Shown in pieces: positions 10,304-19,456 of a stretch of 64,000 bases of DNA. Made by a program: the position numbers and the translations under genes. The notes beneath the pieces were generated by a model. It was not told the origin of the DNA and searched no databases. It saw only the letters and a list, made by a program, of their open reading frames with translations. Source of the stretch: Alphaproteobacteria bacterium (GTDB lineage Bacteria > Pseudomonadota > Alphaproteobacteria > Rickettsiales > JABCZZ01); NCBI GenBank assembly GCA_035906055.1, contig JAMIFV010000005.1, forward strand, positions 26,996 to 90,995, read 5' to 3'. Within the stretch, counting starts at the first letter, position 1, and each line of letters begins with the position of its first letter.

Positions 10304-10421
10304 TCAGGTCTTTGTATTAAACACACTCTACTAACATCTTGCCATTATAGGCATTAACGTGCACCATACCAAGTGAAGATTTGATGACAACCGCAAACTA
10401 ACCTATTGAAAGAAAAGTGTT

Positions 10422-10826
10422 ATGATAGGCCGACTCAACCATGTTGCCATCGCCGTGCCAGATCTTGCTGCGGCCAGTGCCATATACAGGGGCACGCTGG
10501 GCGCAAATGTGTCGGAACCTCAGCCGGTTCCCGATCACGGTGTGACCGTGGTCTTTATCACGCTGCCGAACACGAAAATAGAACTGCTGCACCCGCTGGG
10601 TGAAAATTCTCCCATTGCCGGGTTTCTTGCCAAAAATCCTTCCGGCGGCATCCACCATATCTGCTGCGAAGTGGAAGACATTATCGCCGCGCGCGACAAG
10701 CTTAAGAAGGAAGGCGCGCGCGTGCTGGGTGACGGCGAACCCAAAATCGGCGCGCATGGCAAACCGGTGCTGTTCCTGCATCCGAAAGATTTCTGCGGAA
10801 CCCTCGTGGAACTGGAGCAGGTATGA
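10422..10826 (+). CDS. mce: methylmalonyl-CoA epimerase (VOC/glyoxalase fold)
   Basis: LNHVAIAVPDL, GGIHHICCEVEDI and GKPVLFLHPKD. 134 aa, typical for Mce. Confidence 0.85.
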   Translation: MIGRLNHVAIAVPDLAAASAIYRGTLGANVSEPQPVPDHGVTVVFITLPNTKIELLHPLGENSPIAGFLAKNPSGGIHHICCEVEDIIAARDKLKKEGARVLGDGEPKIGAHGKPVLFLHPKDFCGTLVELEQV

Positions 10827-11029
10827 CCACGGCTCAGGCGGTTATCGCCTATACCATTGCGTGGTGGATGGTGCTGCTCCTTGCTGCGCCGGTCGCGGCG
10901 CACACGACCACGGATGCCAACCGCAAGAAGATATGGGGCATCAAGATACTGGCTACCACTGTTATTGCCGGGTTCGTCACCTGGGGCATGGCGTTGTTCA
11001 TCGATAGCGGCGTCATTTCAGTAAAATAG
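10823..11029 (+). CDS. DUF1467 family small membrane protein
   Basis: 68 aa with two TM helices and a 4-nt overlap with mce. The mce-DUF1467 pairing is common in alphaproteobacteria. Confidence 0.6.
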   Translation: MTTAQAVIAYTIAWWMVLLLAAPVAAHTTTDANRKKIWGIKILATTVIAGFVTWGMALFIDSGVISVK

Positions 11030-11098
11030 TTGTTGGTTGTTCGTTGCCGGTTGCTAGTATGCGGACAGTTAACAGCTAACAACTAACAACGAGTCCTC

Positions 11099-12418
11099 AT
11101 GCGCCTTTCACGATTCTTTCTTCCCTTGCTTAAGGAAACCCCTTCCGAAGCCCAGATCGTCTCCCACCGCTATATGCTGCGCGCCGGCATGATACGCCAG
11201 GTGGGCGCGGGCATCTATAACTGGCTGCCGCTGGGTGTGCTGGTGCTTAAAAAAATCGAGCAGATCGTGCGCGAAGAACAAAACCGCGCGGGAGCCGTTG
11301 AAATACTCATGCCCACCATGCAGCCTGCCGACCTCTGGCGCGAATCCGGCCGCTACGACGATTACGGCAAGGAAATGCTGCGCATCACCGACCGCAGCGA
11401 CCGCGACATGCTGTTTGGTCCCACTGCCGAGGAAGTGGTGACGGATATCTTCCGCAGTTTCGTGAAAAGCTACAAATCGCTGCCGATGAACCTCTATAAT
11501 ATCCAGTGGAAATTCCGCGACGAGGTGCGCCCGCGTTTCGGCGTGATGCGTGGCCGCGAGTTCCTGATGAAGGATGCGTATTCGTTCGATATCGACGAAA
11601 CGGCAGCGAGGAAATCCTATAACCGCATGTATGTGGCCTACCTGCGCACGTTCGCGCGCATGGGGCTTAAATCCATCCCGATGCGGGCGGAAACCGGCCC
11701 TATCGGCGGTGACCTCAGCCACGAATTCATCGTGCTGGCGGAAACCGGTGAAAGCGGCGTGTTCTGCCACAAGGACCTGCTCGATATGCCCATTCCGCCT
11801 GTGGACGTGGATTTCGACGGCGACCTTGAGCCCATCGTGAAGCAGCGCACCAGTCTTTATGCCGCCACCGAGGACGTGCATGACCAGGCGCGCTTCGAGA
11901 AGGAGGTGCCTGAAGATAAACGCCTCAGCGCGCGCGGCATTGAAGTGGGGCAGATATTCTATTTCGGCACCAAATATTCCACGCCGATGAAAGCCAGCGT
12001 TACCGGGCCGGACGGCAAGGAAGCGGTAACGCATGGCGGTTCCTACGGCATCGGCGTGTCGCGTCTTCTGGGGGCTATTATCGAGGCCAATCATGATGAT
12101 AACGGGATCGTCTGGCCGGAAGCGGTGGCACCTTTCACCTTCGGCCTCATCAATATCCGTGTGGGCGATGCGGCATGTGACGCGGTGGCGCAGTCCCTTT
12201 ACGAAAAATGCACTTCCGCCGGTGTGGATGTGCTGTATGATGACACGTCCGAAAGCGCCGGTAAGAAATTCGCCGCGATGGATCTCATTGGCCTGCCGTG
12301 GCAGGTGGTGGTGGGGCCCAAAGGTGTCGCCGCGGGAGTCGTGGAGCTTAAGAACCGCCGTACCGGCGAAAAAACGGAAATAACGCCCGAAGCATTTGCA
12401 GAAAGGTTCCTGAAATGA
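11099..12418 (+). CDS. proS: proline--tRNA ligase (short form lacking the insertion/editing domain)
   Basis: 439 aa class II aaRS with [38 protein letters not shown] and [11 protein letters not shown]. The 438-aa antisense ORF is a shadow frame. Confidence 0.95.
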   Translation: MRLSRFFLPLLKETPSEAQIVSHRYMLRAGMIRQVGAGIYNWLPLGVLVLKKIEQIVREEQNRAGAVEILMPTMQPADLWRESGRYDDYGKEMLRITDRSDRDMLFGPTAEEVVTDIFRSFVKSYKSLPMNLYNIQWKFRDEVRPRFGVMRGREFLMKDAYSFDIDETAARKSYNRMYVAYLRTFARMGLKSIPMRAETGPIGGDLSHEFIVLAETGESGVFCHKDLLDMPIPPVDVDFDGDLEPIVKQRTSLYAATEDVHDQARFEKEVPEDKRLSARGIEVGQIFYFGTKYSTPMKASVTGPDGKEAVTHGGSYGIGVSRLLGAIIEANHDDNGIVWPEAVAPFTFGLINIRVGDAACDAVAQSLYEKCTSAGVDVLYDDTSESAGKKFAAMDLIGLPWQVVVGPKGVAAGVVELKNRRTGEKTEITPEAFAERFLK

Positions 12419-13050
12419 TGTCACTCAAGCGATATACAGCATCAGCTATTATGTCGGTTGCCCTGCTAACGGCGGGCACGACGCTTGCGCAGGTGGATGC
12501 GCCGCCCACCACGTGGGAAGTGCTGCCGCAGGAAAGCAGCATCGAATGGACGGCCATATATACCGGCAAGCCCGTTACCGGCGGGTTCAGCAGTTTTACC
12601 TCCGATATCCGTTTCGATCCGCAGAAGCTGGATAAATCCAGCGTGCAGGTGAAGATAGACACCGCCAGGATCACCAGCGACGACAAGGACGCGGAATCTT
12701 CATTGCCGGGCGCTGAGTGGTTCAATGCCAGCGTGTTCCCGCATGCCGTGTTCGAGGCGAAGTCCTTTACCCATGTGGAAGATGAGAAATACCGTGCGGA
12801 AGGCACACTGACCATCGGTGAAAAGAAGAACAATGTAGTGCTGCCGTTCTCGGTGCATTTCTATCAGGATACGGAAGCAAGCGCCCCTGTGCGTTATGCG
12901 CAGATGGCGGCGGAAACCGTGATCAAGCGCTCTGAATTCGGCCTTGGCAAAGGCGAGTGGAGCAAAGCCGACCTCGTGCTGGATGATGTGAAAGTGACTA
13001 TCAACATCAAGGCCAAGGAAGCGGCACAGCCTAAAACGGTTACTCCCTGA
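12415..13050 (+). CDS. YceI family periplasmic protein
   Basis: Signal peptide ([17 protein letters not shown]), then a YceI-like core (SSIEWTA...V.GGFSSF...[10 protein letters not shown]...FPHAVFEA). Confidence 0.8.
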   Translation: MMSLKRYTASAIMSVALLTAGTTLAQVDAPPTTWEVLPQESSIEWTAIYTGKPVTGGFSSFTSDIRFDPQKLDKSSVQVKIDTARITSDDKDAESSLPGAEWFNASVFPHAVFEAKSFTHVEDEKYRAEGTLTIGEKKNNVVLPFSVHFYQDTEASAPVRYAQMAAETVIKRSEFGLGKGEWSKADLVLDDVKVTINIKAKEAAQPKTVTP

Positions 13051-14306
13051 TGTTCTCACCGCTTGAACGCCTGATGGCATGGCGCTACCTGCGGGCAAGG
13101 AAGGCCGAGGGGTTTCTTTCGCTTATCACGGCATTCTCACTGCTTGGCATTGCGCTGGGCGTGGCGGCGCTGATTGTCATCACCTCGGTGATGAACGGCG
13201 TGAAGACCGAGATGCTCAGGCATTTCATCGGCTGGAGCGGGCATGTAAGCGTGTATGGCATGGGTGCGCCGATCGACCAGTATGATACGCTTGCGCAACG
13301 TATAAGGACGCAGAACGGCGTGATAAGCGCACATCCGCTGGTGGAAGGGCAGGTGATGGCCGCCGCCAACGGCCATAACAGCGGCGCGCAGGTGATGGCG
13401 CTGCGCTATGACGACCTGATGCAGAAGCAGCATATCAAAGACAAGATCACCGCAGGCAGCCTTGAAGATTTCGAGTCCGGCGAAGGCATCATCATCGGCC
13501 AGCGCATGGCGGAGAATTTCGGCCTGCAGGTGGGGGATTCATTGACGCTGATTTCGCCGGAAGGCCGCCAGACACTGGCGGGCATGATTCCGCGCCTGAA
13601 GTCTTATCCCGTCGTGGCCATTTTCAAGCTGGGCATGCATGCGTTCGACGCGGGCATGATCATCATGCCGTTTGCCGAAGCGCAGATCTATTTCAAGCTC
13701 AGTGATGGTGGGCAGGACAAGGTGACCGGCATCGAGGTGAATGTGGATAAGCCCTACGAAGCACGCGCAATTGCTGAAAAACTGGCAAGCGGGCTTGGTG
13801 GCCAGTATCGCCTCTATGACTGGCAGCAGAGCAACCGCACCGTATTCGAGGCGCTCACGATACAGCGCAACGTGATGTTCATCATCCTCACGCTTATCAT
13901 CGTGGTGGCGGCGTTCAATATCATCTCCAGCCTCATCATGCTGGTGAAGGACAAAGGGCGCGATATCGCCATTCTTCGCACGATGGGCGCGTCGCGCGCC
14001 AGCGTCACGCGTATCTTCATCAGCTGCGGCATGATCATCGGTGTGCTGGGCACGTTCATCGGGCTGGCGCTGGGGCTTTTGCTGGCGGTGAATGTGGACA
14101 ATATCCGCATATGGCTTGAAAAAGCGTCCGGCGGTAAAATACTTGCAGAACAGCTTTACTTCCTCTCCACACTGCCTGCCGAGGTGGATATGGTGCAGGT
14201 GGCTGCGGTCACGGCCATGTCGCTCACGCTTTCTTTCCTTGCTACGCTTTACCCGGCACGCCGTGCGGCGCGCCTCGATCCGGCGGAGGCCTTGAGATAT
14301 GAGTGA
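13050..14306 (+). CDS. lolC: lipoprotein-releasing ABC transporter permease LolC/E
   Basis: 418 aa with MacB/FtsX-type topology. N-terminus LMAWRYLRARKAEGFLSLI and C-terminus LATLYPARRAARLDPAEALRYE are typical of LolC/E. Confidence 0.9.
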   Translation: MFSPLERLMAWRYLRARKAEGFLSLITAFSLLGIALGVAALIVITSVMNGVKTEMLRHFIGWSGHVSVYGMGAPIDQYDTLAQRIRTQNGVISAHPLVEGQVMAAANGHNSGAQVMALRYDDLMQKQHIKDKITAGSLEDFESGEGIIIGQRMAENFGLQVGDSLTLISPEGRQTLAGMIPRLKSYPVVAIFKLGMHAFDAGMIIMPFAEAQIYFKLSDGGQDKVTGIEVNVDKPYEARAIAEKLASGLGGQYRLYDWQQSNRTVFEALTIQRNVMFIILTLIIVVAAFNIISSLIMLVKDKGRDIAILRTMGASRASVTRIFISCGMIIGVLGTFIGLALGLLLAVNVDNIRIWLEKASGGKILAEQLYFLSTLPAEVDMVQVAAVTAMSLTLSFLATLYPARRAARLDPAEALRYE

Positions 14307-14315
14307 TTTATTATG

Positions 14316-14582
14316 TGGGGGGCACGCTGCCCCCATTTACGCTCCGCGTAAATTCCCCTGCGGGGTCGTCGCTTCGCTCCTCCATGCATGCGGCTTCATT
14401 GTTGCCAATTGGGGAAACGCTTTCCTCAATTTTGCTCTACGGGTGCGTCGTGAAGAACGCCTCCGTGCACACGGCATTGCTCTGGAACAGAAATTGTCAT
14501 TCCCGCGCAGGCGGGAATCCATCTTTATTAAGATAGTCGTGCCGCAGGCGCTGCGATGGATCCCGGCCTTCGCCGGGATGAC
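14316..14582. repeat. pile-up of palindromic repeats between lolC/E and lolD
   Basis: Contains a family-1 arm (14316-14395), a degenerate second arm (14408-14478), gtcattcccgcgcaggcgggaatcc (14496-20) and ggatcccggccttcgccgggatgac (14558-82). The ORFs across it (SFPRRRESI, VIPAKAGIH, WIPAFAGMT) are typical translations of repeats. Confidence 0.85.
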
Positions 14583-14596
14583 GGGAAGAGGCAGGC

Positions 14597-15268
14597 ATGG
14601 CTGATATTGTACTTGAGCTGAAGAATGTAACACGCACGTTCACACAAGGTGGTGAGCAGGTGGAAGTGCTGCGCGGGGTGGACCTCACTATCCGGCGCGG
14701 TGAAGTGGTGGCGCTTGTGGGTGAGTCAGGCTCCGGCAAGAGCACGCTGCTGCAGATAGCGGGACTCCTTGATACCCCGACAGGCGGGCATATCTTCATC
14801 AACGGCATGAACGCCTCGCGCGCCAGCGACGCGGAACGCACGGCACTGCGCCAGAAGCATCTGGGATTTGTATACCAGTTCCATCACCTGTTGCCGGAAT
14901 TTTCAGCCTGCGAGAATATCGCTATTTCCCTGATGATCGGCGGGCAGCCTTATGGACGCGCTACCGAAAAAGCCAGGACGATGCTGGCGCAACTGGGCTT
15001 GAAAGAACGCGCTGGGCACCGGCCTGCCGCACTCTCAGGCGGTGAGCAGCAGCGCGTAGCCATTTTACGTGCGCTGGCAGGCAACCCGTCACTCATACTT
15101 GCCGACGAGCCTACCGGGAATCTTGATCCCGGCACGTCGGAAACCGTGTTTGGCATATTCATGGACATGGCGCGCTCACAGGGGCTTTCCGCGCTTGTTG
15201 CAACGCACAATCTTGAGCTTGCACACCGTATGGATCGCGTGGTGACGCTGCAAAAAGGAAAAGTTTAG
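14597..15268 (+). CDS. lolD: lipoprotein-releasing ABC transporter ATP-binding protein
   Basis: Walker A GESGSGKST, ABC signature LSGGEQQRVAI, Walker B ILADEPTGNLD. Confidence 0.9.
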   Translation: MADIVLELKNVTRTFTQGGEQVEVLRGVDLTIRRGEVVALVGESGSGKSTLLQIAGLLDTPTGGHIFINGMNASRASDAERTALRQKHLGFVYQFHHLLPEFSACENIAISLMIGGQPYGRATEKARTMLAQLGLKERAGHRPAALSGGEQQRVAILRALAGNPSLILADEPTGNLDPGTSETVFGIFMDMARSQGLSALVATHNLELAHRMDRVVTLQKGKV

Positions 15269-15294
15269 AGCGTTTTCGCTTTAATTGTTCGCTA

Positions 15295-15514
15295 GGGTCA
15301 GGACTCATGACTTCCCTCTCCTGCAAAGCGGGAGAGGGTTGCGCAGGCTTTGCTGCGCAGCAGCTTAGCCGAAGCTGGGTGAGGGTGAATGTAAACGCGC
15401 CCCCTCACCTCGGTTTGCCTAAGGGCTTAGCTAAAGCAGCTAAACCCAAGGCAAACGCGTCCTCTCCCTCAAGGGGAGAAGAAAAGTAAGCAAGAGTGTA
15501 ATGAGTCCTGAGCC
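15295..15514. mobile_element. 220-bp MITE (family 2), copy 1, flanked by TA
   Basis: 14-bp terminal inverted repeats gggtcaggactcat / atgagtcctgagcc, flanked by TA (15293-94 and 15515-16). More than 90% identical by eye to the reverse complement of 38825-39044. The interior consists of nested hairpins. Confidence 0.85.
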
Positions 15515-16356
15515 TAATCAATTACCACATCCAGCCCGATATCCACATTGGGGGCGGAGTGGGTGAGGCGGCCAACCGAGATATAATCCACGCCGGTTTC
15601 CGCGATGGCGCGCACAGTCTCAAGTGAAACGCCGCCGGAGGCTTCCAGCTTCGCTTTGCCTTTGGCAAGCTGCACGGCCTCGCGCATCTGCGCATGGTTC
15701 ATGTTATCCAGCATGATGCGGGTCGCGCCTGCGCCGAGCGCTTCCTTCACCTGTTCCAGTGTGTCGCATTCGATTTCCACCGGCAGTTGTTTGGTGTTGC
15801 CTGCAAAGGTCTTGGCAAGAACCTGCCTGATGCCGCCACAGAGCGCGATGTGATTATCCTTGATGAGGATACCGTCATCCAGCCGCATGCGGTGATTCTG
15901 CGCGCCGCCCGCCTTCACGGCGAATTTATCCAGCATGCGCAGGCCGGGCATGGTCTTGCGTGTGTCGAGTATGATCGCGTCCGTGCCTCTCACTTCCTCC
16001 ACATAACGCGCGGCCAGTGTGGCCACGGCGCTCATGCGTTGCAGCAGGTTAAGCGCGGTGCGCTCCGCCGTGAGCATGGCGCGCGCAGGGCCGCTCACTT
16101 CAATGAGCCTGTCGCCTTTGACAGCTTTAGCACCGTCTTTCACCAGCAGCTTGCAGTTAATGGCTTTATTAACCGTAGCGAATACCTGTTTAACCACTTC
16201 GCCGCCACACATGATAACCGGTTCACGTGTAACGAAAACCAGCGTTGCGGTGGCATTTTCGGGCACCAGCAGGCTGGCGGTGGCGTCACCTGTGCCGATA
16301 TCCTCGGCCAGCGCACCTGAAATAATCCGCTCTACTTCCTTGAAATCCAAATCCAT
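15514..16356 (-). CDS. nadC: nicotinate-nucleotide diphosphorylase (quinolinate phosphoribosyltransferase)
   Basis: 280 aa with [27 protein letters not shown] and [12 protein letters not shown]. The stop codon TAG spans the MITE/TA junction. Confidence 0.9.
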   Translation of the reverse strand: MDLDFKEVERIISGALAEDIGTGDATASLLVPENATATLVFVTREPVIMCGGEVVKQVFATVNKAINCKLLVKDGAKAVKGDRLIEVSGPARAMLTAERTALNLLQRMSAVATLAARYVEEVRGTDAIILDTRKTMPGLRMLDKFAVKAGGAQNHRMRLDDGILIKDNHIALCGGIRQVLAKTFAGNTKQLPVEIECDTLEQVKEALGAGATRIMLDNMNHAQMREAVQLAKGKAKLEASGGVSLETVRAIAETGVDYISVGRLTHSAPNVDIGLDVVID

Positions 16357-16399
16357 AGGCTTATTCTACCTTTCCCCGGGATTTTTAAAGCATTACGCA

Positions 16400-18181
16400 A
16401 TGACCGTCAAAGCCTATACGCCTGTGATACACAAATATGACGCTGCCATTATCGGCGCAGGCGGGGCTGGGCTGCGGGCGGCCCTGGCGGCGGCGGAAGG
16501 CGGCGTGCGCGTGGCGGTGATAACCAAGGTTCCGCCCACCCGCAGCCATACGGTGGCGGCGCAGGGGGGCATCAACGCGGCGCTGGGCAACCGTGGCCCT
16601 GACGACTGGCGCTGGCATATGTATGACACGGTGCGCGGGGCGGACTGGCTGGGCGATCAGGACGCCATTGCCTATATGTGCAGGCATGCGCCCGCCGCCG
16701 TGCGCGAGCTGGAGCACATGGGCGTGGCGTTCACGCGGTCTGACGATGGCAGCATCTACCAGCGCGCGTATGGCGGGCAGGCTACCGATTTCGGCAAAGG
16801 CCCGCTGGCTTACCGCGCCTGTGCGGCAGCCGACCGCACGGGGCATGCGATACTTCACACGCTTTACCAGCAATGCCTGCGCGCGGGCGTGCAGTTCTTC
16901 GTGGAGCATATGGCGATCGACCTCATGTTCGACCGCGAAGGGGCTTGCGCGGGCGTGCTGACGCTACAGCCGGAAACGGGCGAACTGCATCTCTTCCGCG
17001 CGCACCACACGGTGCTGGCGACAGGCGGCTTCGGCCAGGTTTATGCGCAGACCACCGCATCCACTATCTGCACCGGCGACGGCAACGGCATGATCCTGCG
17101 TGCTGGCCTGCCGCTGCAGGATATGGAATTCATCCAGTTCCATCCCACCGGGCTTTACGGCACGGGCGTGCTGATAACCGAAGGCGCGCGCGGGGAAGGC
17201 GGCTTCCTTGTCAACGGCCTGGGCGAGCGTTTCATGGAACGTTATGCACCCAGTTACCTTGACCTTGCCTCGCGTGACGTTATCAGCCGCGCGATCGTGC
17301 AGGAGATACGCGAGGGAAGGGGCGCAGGCCCCAAGAAAGACCACGTGCTGCTGATGATGGGGCATCTGGGTAAAGACGTTATCGCACAGAAACTGCCGAG
17401 CATCGCGGCTATTGTGAAAACCTTCACCGGGCTGGATGTGAACCGCTCCGCCATTCCCGTACTGCCGTCAGTGCATTACACTATGGGCGGCATTCCCACG
17501 CGCGCCACTACGCAGGCGCTCAATGAGCGCGGTGAGGTTGTGTGCGGGCTGTATGCTATCGGCGAAACGGCCTGCGGCTCGGTGCATGGCGCTAACCGCC
17601 TTGGCTGTAATTCGCTGCTCGATCTCATCGTATTTGGCAAAGCGGTGGGCGAACAGGTGGGGGCCGCACAGAACGGCGCTTACGCCACGCTTGACCAGAA
17701 CGTGCTCGACCGGTCGCTCCGGCATCTGGATGCGTTGCGCTACAGCAGGGGGCGCGATACGCCGCAGAGGATACGCAAGCAGATGCAGAATTCCATGCAG
17801 CATCATGCGGGCATCTTCCGCGACCTGCATACGCTGACCGGCGGTCTCACGGTGCTGGATGTGTTATGGCAGCAATACCGTCAATCGCTGAACGTACGCG
17901 AGCAGGGCCTCATATGGAATAACGACCTGCTGGAAGCGCTGGAGCTTGATAACCTCATGCGCCAGTCCATAGCCGTCATAGCTTCCGCTTTGCACAGGCG
18001 AGAGAGCCGCGGCGCGCATTTCCGCATGGATCACCCTGAGCGTGATGACGAAAACTGGCTGAAGCACACAGTGTTCATGATGGATGATACGGGCAAGTTC
18101 CGCCTTGCCGAGCGTGCGGTCTGCCTTGATTCGGGTGTTGAAGGTACGCCTGTATTTGCGCCGGAGATGAGAAGGTATTAG
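16400..18181 (+). CDS. sdhA: SdhA-type flavoprotein (succinate dehydrogenase/fumarate reductase flavoprotein family) sitting in the NAD cluster
   Basis: The ORF track extends the N-terminus to 16019 over nadC; the real start is the ATG at 16400 ([29 protein letters not shown]). Carries the covalent-FAD motif [18 protein letters not shown], plus [32 protein letters not shown] and a C-terminal ...PEMRRY. These features are SdhA-like rather than NadB-like. Confidence 0.75.
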   Translation: MTVKAYTPVIHKYDAAIIGAGGAGLRAALAAAEGGVRVAVITKVPPTRSHTVAAQGGINAALGNRGPDDWRWHMYDTVRGADWLGDQDAIAYMCRHAPAAVRELEHMGVAFTRSDDGSIYQRAYGGQATDFGKGPLAYRACAAADRTGHAILHTLYQQCLRAGVQFFVEHMAIDLMFDREGACAGVLTLQPETGELHLFRAHHTVLATGGFGQVYAQTTASTICTGDGNGMILRAGLPLQDMEFIQFHPTGLYGTGVLITEGARGEGGFLVNGLGERFMERYAPSYLDLASRDVISRAIVQEIREGRGAGPKKDHVLLMMGHLGKDVIAQKLPSIAAIVKTFTGLDVNRSAIPVLPSVHYTMGGIPTRATTQALNERGEVVCGLYAIGETACGSVHGANRLGCNSLLDLIVFGKAVGEQVGAAQNGAYATLDQNVLDRSLRHLDALRYSRGRDTPQRIRKQMQNSMQHHAGIFRDLHTLTGGLTVLDVLWQQYRQSLNVREQGLIWNNDLLEALELDNLMRQSIAVIASALHRRESRGAHFRMDHPERDDENWLKHTVFMMDDTGKFRLAERAVCLDSGVEGTPVFAPEMRRY

Positions 18182-18186
18182 TTTAT

Positions 18187-18368
18187 AGGGGGAAACGCTT
18201 CCCCCAATTTTACTCCGCAAAATTTCCCCCGCGGGGTCGTCACGAAGAGTTCCTCCATGCCTATTGCAAAGCACTGGAATAGACATCGGTGCAGTATGCG
18301 TGGAGGAGTTTTGCACGACGACCTCTTTAGAGGGGGAGCGGTAGCGGGGGCGGGACGCCCCCCAAAAT
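18187..18368. repeat. family-1 palindromic element, full length (both arms)
   Basis: Left arm agggggaaacgcttcccccaattttactccgcaaaatttcccccgcggggtcgtcacgaagagttcctccatgc. Inverted right arm gcgtggaggagttttgcacgacgacc...gggggcgggacgcccccc. Confidence 0.85.
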
Positions 18369-18372
18369 AAAA

Positions 18373-18831
18373 CTAACGGGCAGGACTCAACGAAGCAGGG
18401 AATGCGGCAGAGCTGTTGCGTTGCTGTTCTTTCGGTACGTCATCAAGCGTATAGACGCTGTCAGGCGTAGGGGTTGGGTTCATGCCCAGCGGGCGTTTGT
18501 CGATGAAGCGGTAAGAGGCGTTGGGGTTGGACTCGGCGATATCGGCAGCGGTGCGCGGTTTGCGTGGGGCAGTGGCCGCAGGCGTTGCCTGCTGTGTGTA
18601 AGTTTCCGCCAAGGAAAGACCCGCCTTGTTCTGTGGCTTTGGCAGCACCCTCAGGCTTCTCAGTGGCTGCACGCCCGGCACCGGTGGTGATATGCGGTTG
18701 GTGCGGCTGCCGTCATGCACATAGTCTGCGGTAGCATTCGCATCAATGATAACAGGCGCGTTCGTGTTGGCCGCCAGTGCGCAACCGGCAGCAAGCGTGA
18801 TAGCGCAGACGGGTATAATTACTTTTTTCAT
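18373..18831 (-). CDS. hypothetical lipoprotein
   Basis: ORF trimmed to MKKVIIPVCAITLAAGC (lipobox). The rest is Pro/Thr/Ala-rich. Confidence 0.5.
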   Translation of the reverse strand: MKKVIIPVCAITLAAGCALAANTNAPVIIDANATADYVHDGSRTNRISPPVPGVQPLRSLRVLPKPQNKAGLSLAETYTQQATPAATAPRKPRTAADIAESNPNASYRFIDKRPLGMNPTPTPDSVYTLDDVPKEQQRNSSAAFPASLSPAR

Positions 18832-18937
18832 AACGGTGCCAGCGTAGCGGCAATCTGTCATGTTGCAAAAGAAAAAGGCGGAACCTTGCGATCCCGCCTT
18901 CATTTTTAGCCTAGGTACAACAAGAGAGACTTAGCGC

Positions 18938-19135
18938 TTACTTGTGTTCTTCTTTCTTATGTTCTTCGGTCTTGTGCTCTTCCTTCTTCACTTCGCCAGT
19001 GGCGGGATTGGCTTCAGTGGTGGTTTCGGTCTTTACTACTTCTTTGGTGGTTTCGGTTTTGGCTTCTTCGGTAGCCTGAGCGCCGAAAGCAGCGAGAGCG
19101 AGCAGGGAGGTAGCAGCGAGCAAAGTCTTTTTCAT
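18938..19135 (-). CDS. small secreted Lys/Glu/Thr-rich protein
   Basis: ORF trimmed to MKKTLLAATSLLALAAFGAQA (signal peptide). The mature part is TEEAKTETTKEVVKTETTT...KKEEHKTEEHKKEEHK. Confidence 0.5.
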   Translation of the reverse strand: MKKTLLAATSLLALAAFGAQATEEAKTETTKEVVKTETTTEANPATGEVKKEEHKTEEHKKEEHK

Positions 19136-19252
19136 AAGAAAAACTCCAGTGTGATTCAGGTTTGTCAGACCGCTACGTACTTCGTAGTCCGCAACGTCTG
19201 GTGAGGTAAGACTATGCCGCTTCCGCATGGATTTCAAATTACATATTTGTAA

Positions 19253-19452
19253 TGGGGACTAGCCATCCCCATTTGCGCTCTGCGCAAATTCCCCTGCGTA
19301 AATCCCGTAAGCGTACTGGAACGGTGCCGTAGTGATGGAGGAGTGCTTCACGACGACCCCGCTGGGATGAATTCGCGGAGCGAAGAAGGGGAAGCGTTTC
19401 CCTTAATTAAAAGAGGTGCCGGAGGCAAGAGGGGAAAGCGTTTCCCCTAATT
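19253..19452. repeat. family-1 palindromic element, full length with duplicated terminal hairpin
   Basis: The left arm is tggggactagccatccccatttgcgctctgcgcaaattcccctgcg. The inverted arm is gatggaggagtgcttcacgacgaccccgc. Two terminal hairpins follow, aggggaagcgtttccctt and aggggaaagcgtttcccct. Confidence 0.8.
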
Positions 19453-19456
19453 ATAA

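Noticed and set aside
11108-12424. 438-aa ORF antisense to proS, and similar long antisense ORFs (1583-2512, 3585-4172, 4228-4968, 13539-14336, 15694-16320, 22802-23722, 29864-30808, 31341-32159, 35782-36747, 54403-55107)
   Set aside because: Each lies entirely opposite a gene with unmistakable conserved motifs. Their translations are Arg/His/Ala/Gly-rich with no motifs, as is typical of shadow ORFs in GC-rich DNA.
14299-14633. 77-101-aa ORFs on both strands between lolC/E and lolD
   Set aside because: They are composed of translated palindromic repeats (SFPRRRESI, VIPAKAGIH, WIPAFAGMT, MDSRLRGND) and therefore are not genes.
15307-15489. 60-aa ORF MTSLSCKAGEGCAG...SPSRGEEK
   Set aside because: It lies wholly inside the 220-bp MITE. 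The second copy of the element is in the opposite orientation and does not preserve the frame.
16019-16399. N-terminal extension of the sdhA-like ORF; similar extensions of pyrG (28131-28226) and pcm (43418-43606)
   Set aside because: The extensions overlap nadC, secG and tRNA-Cys respectively and lack homology. Conserved N-termini begin at internal ATGs.
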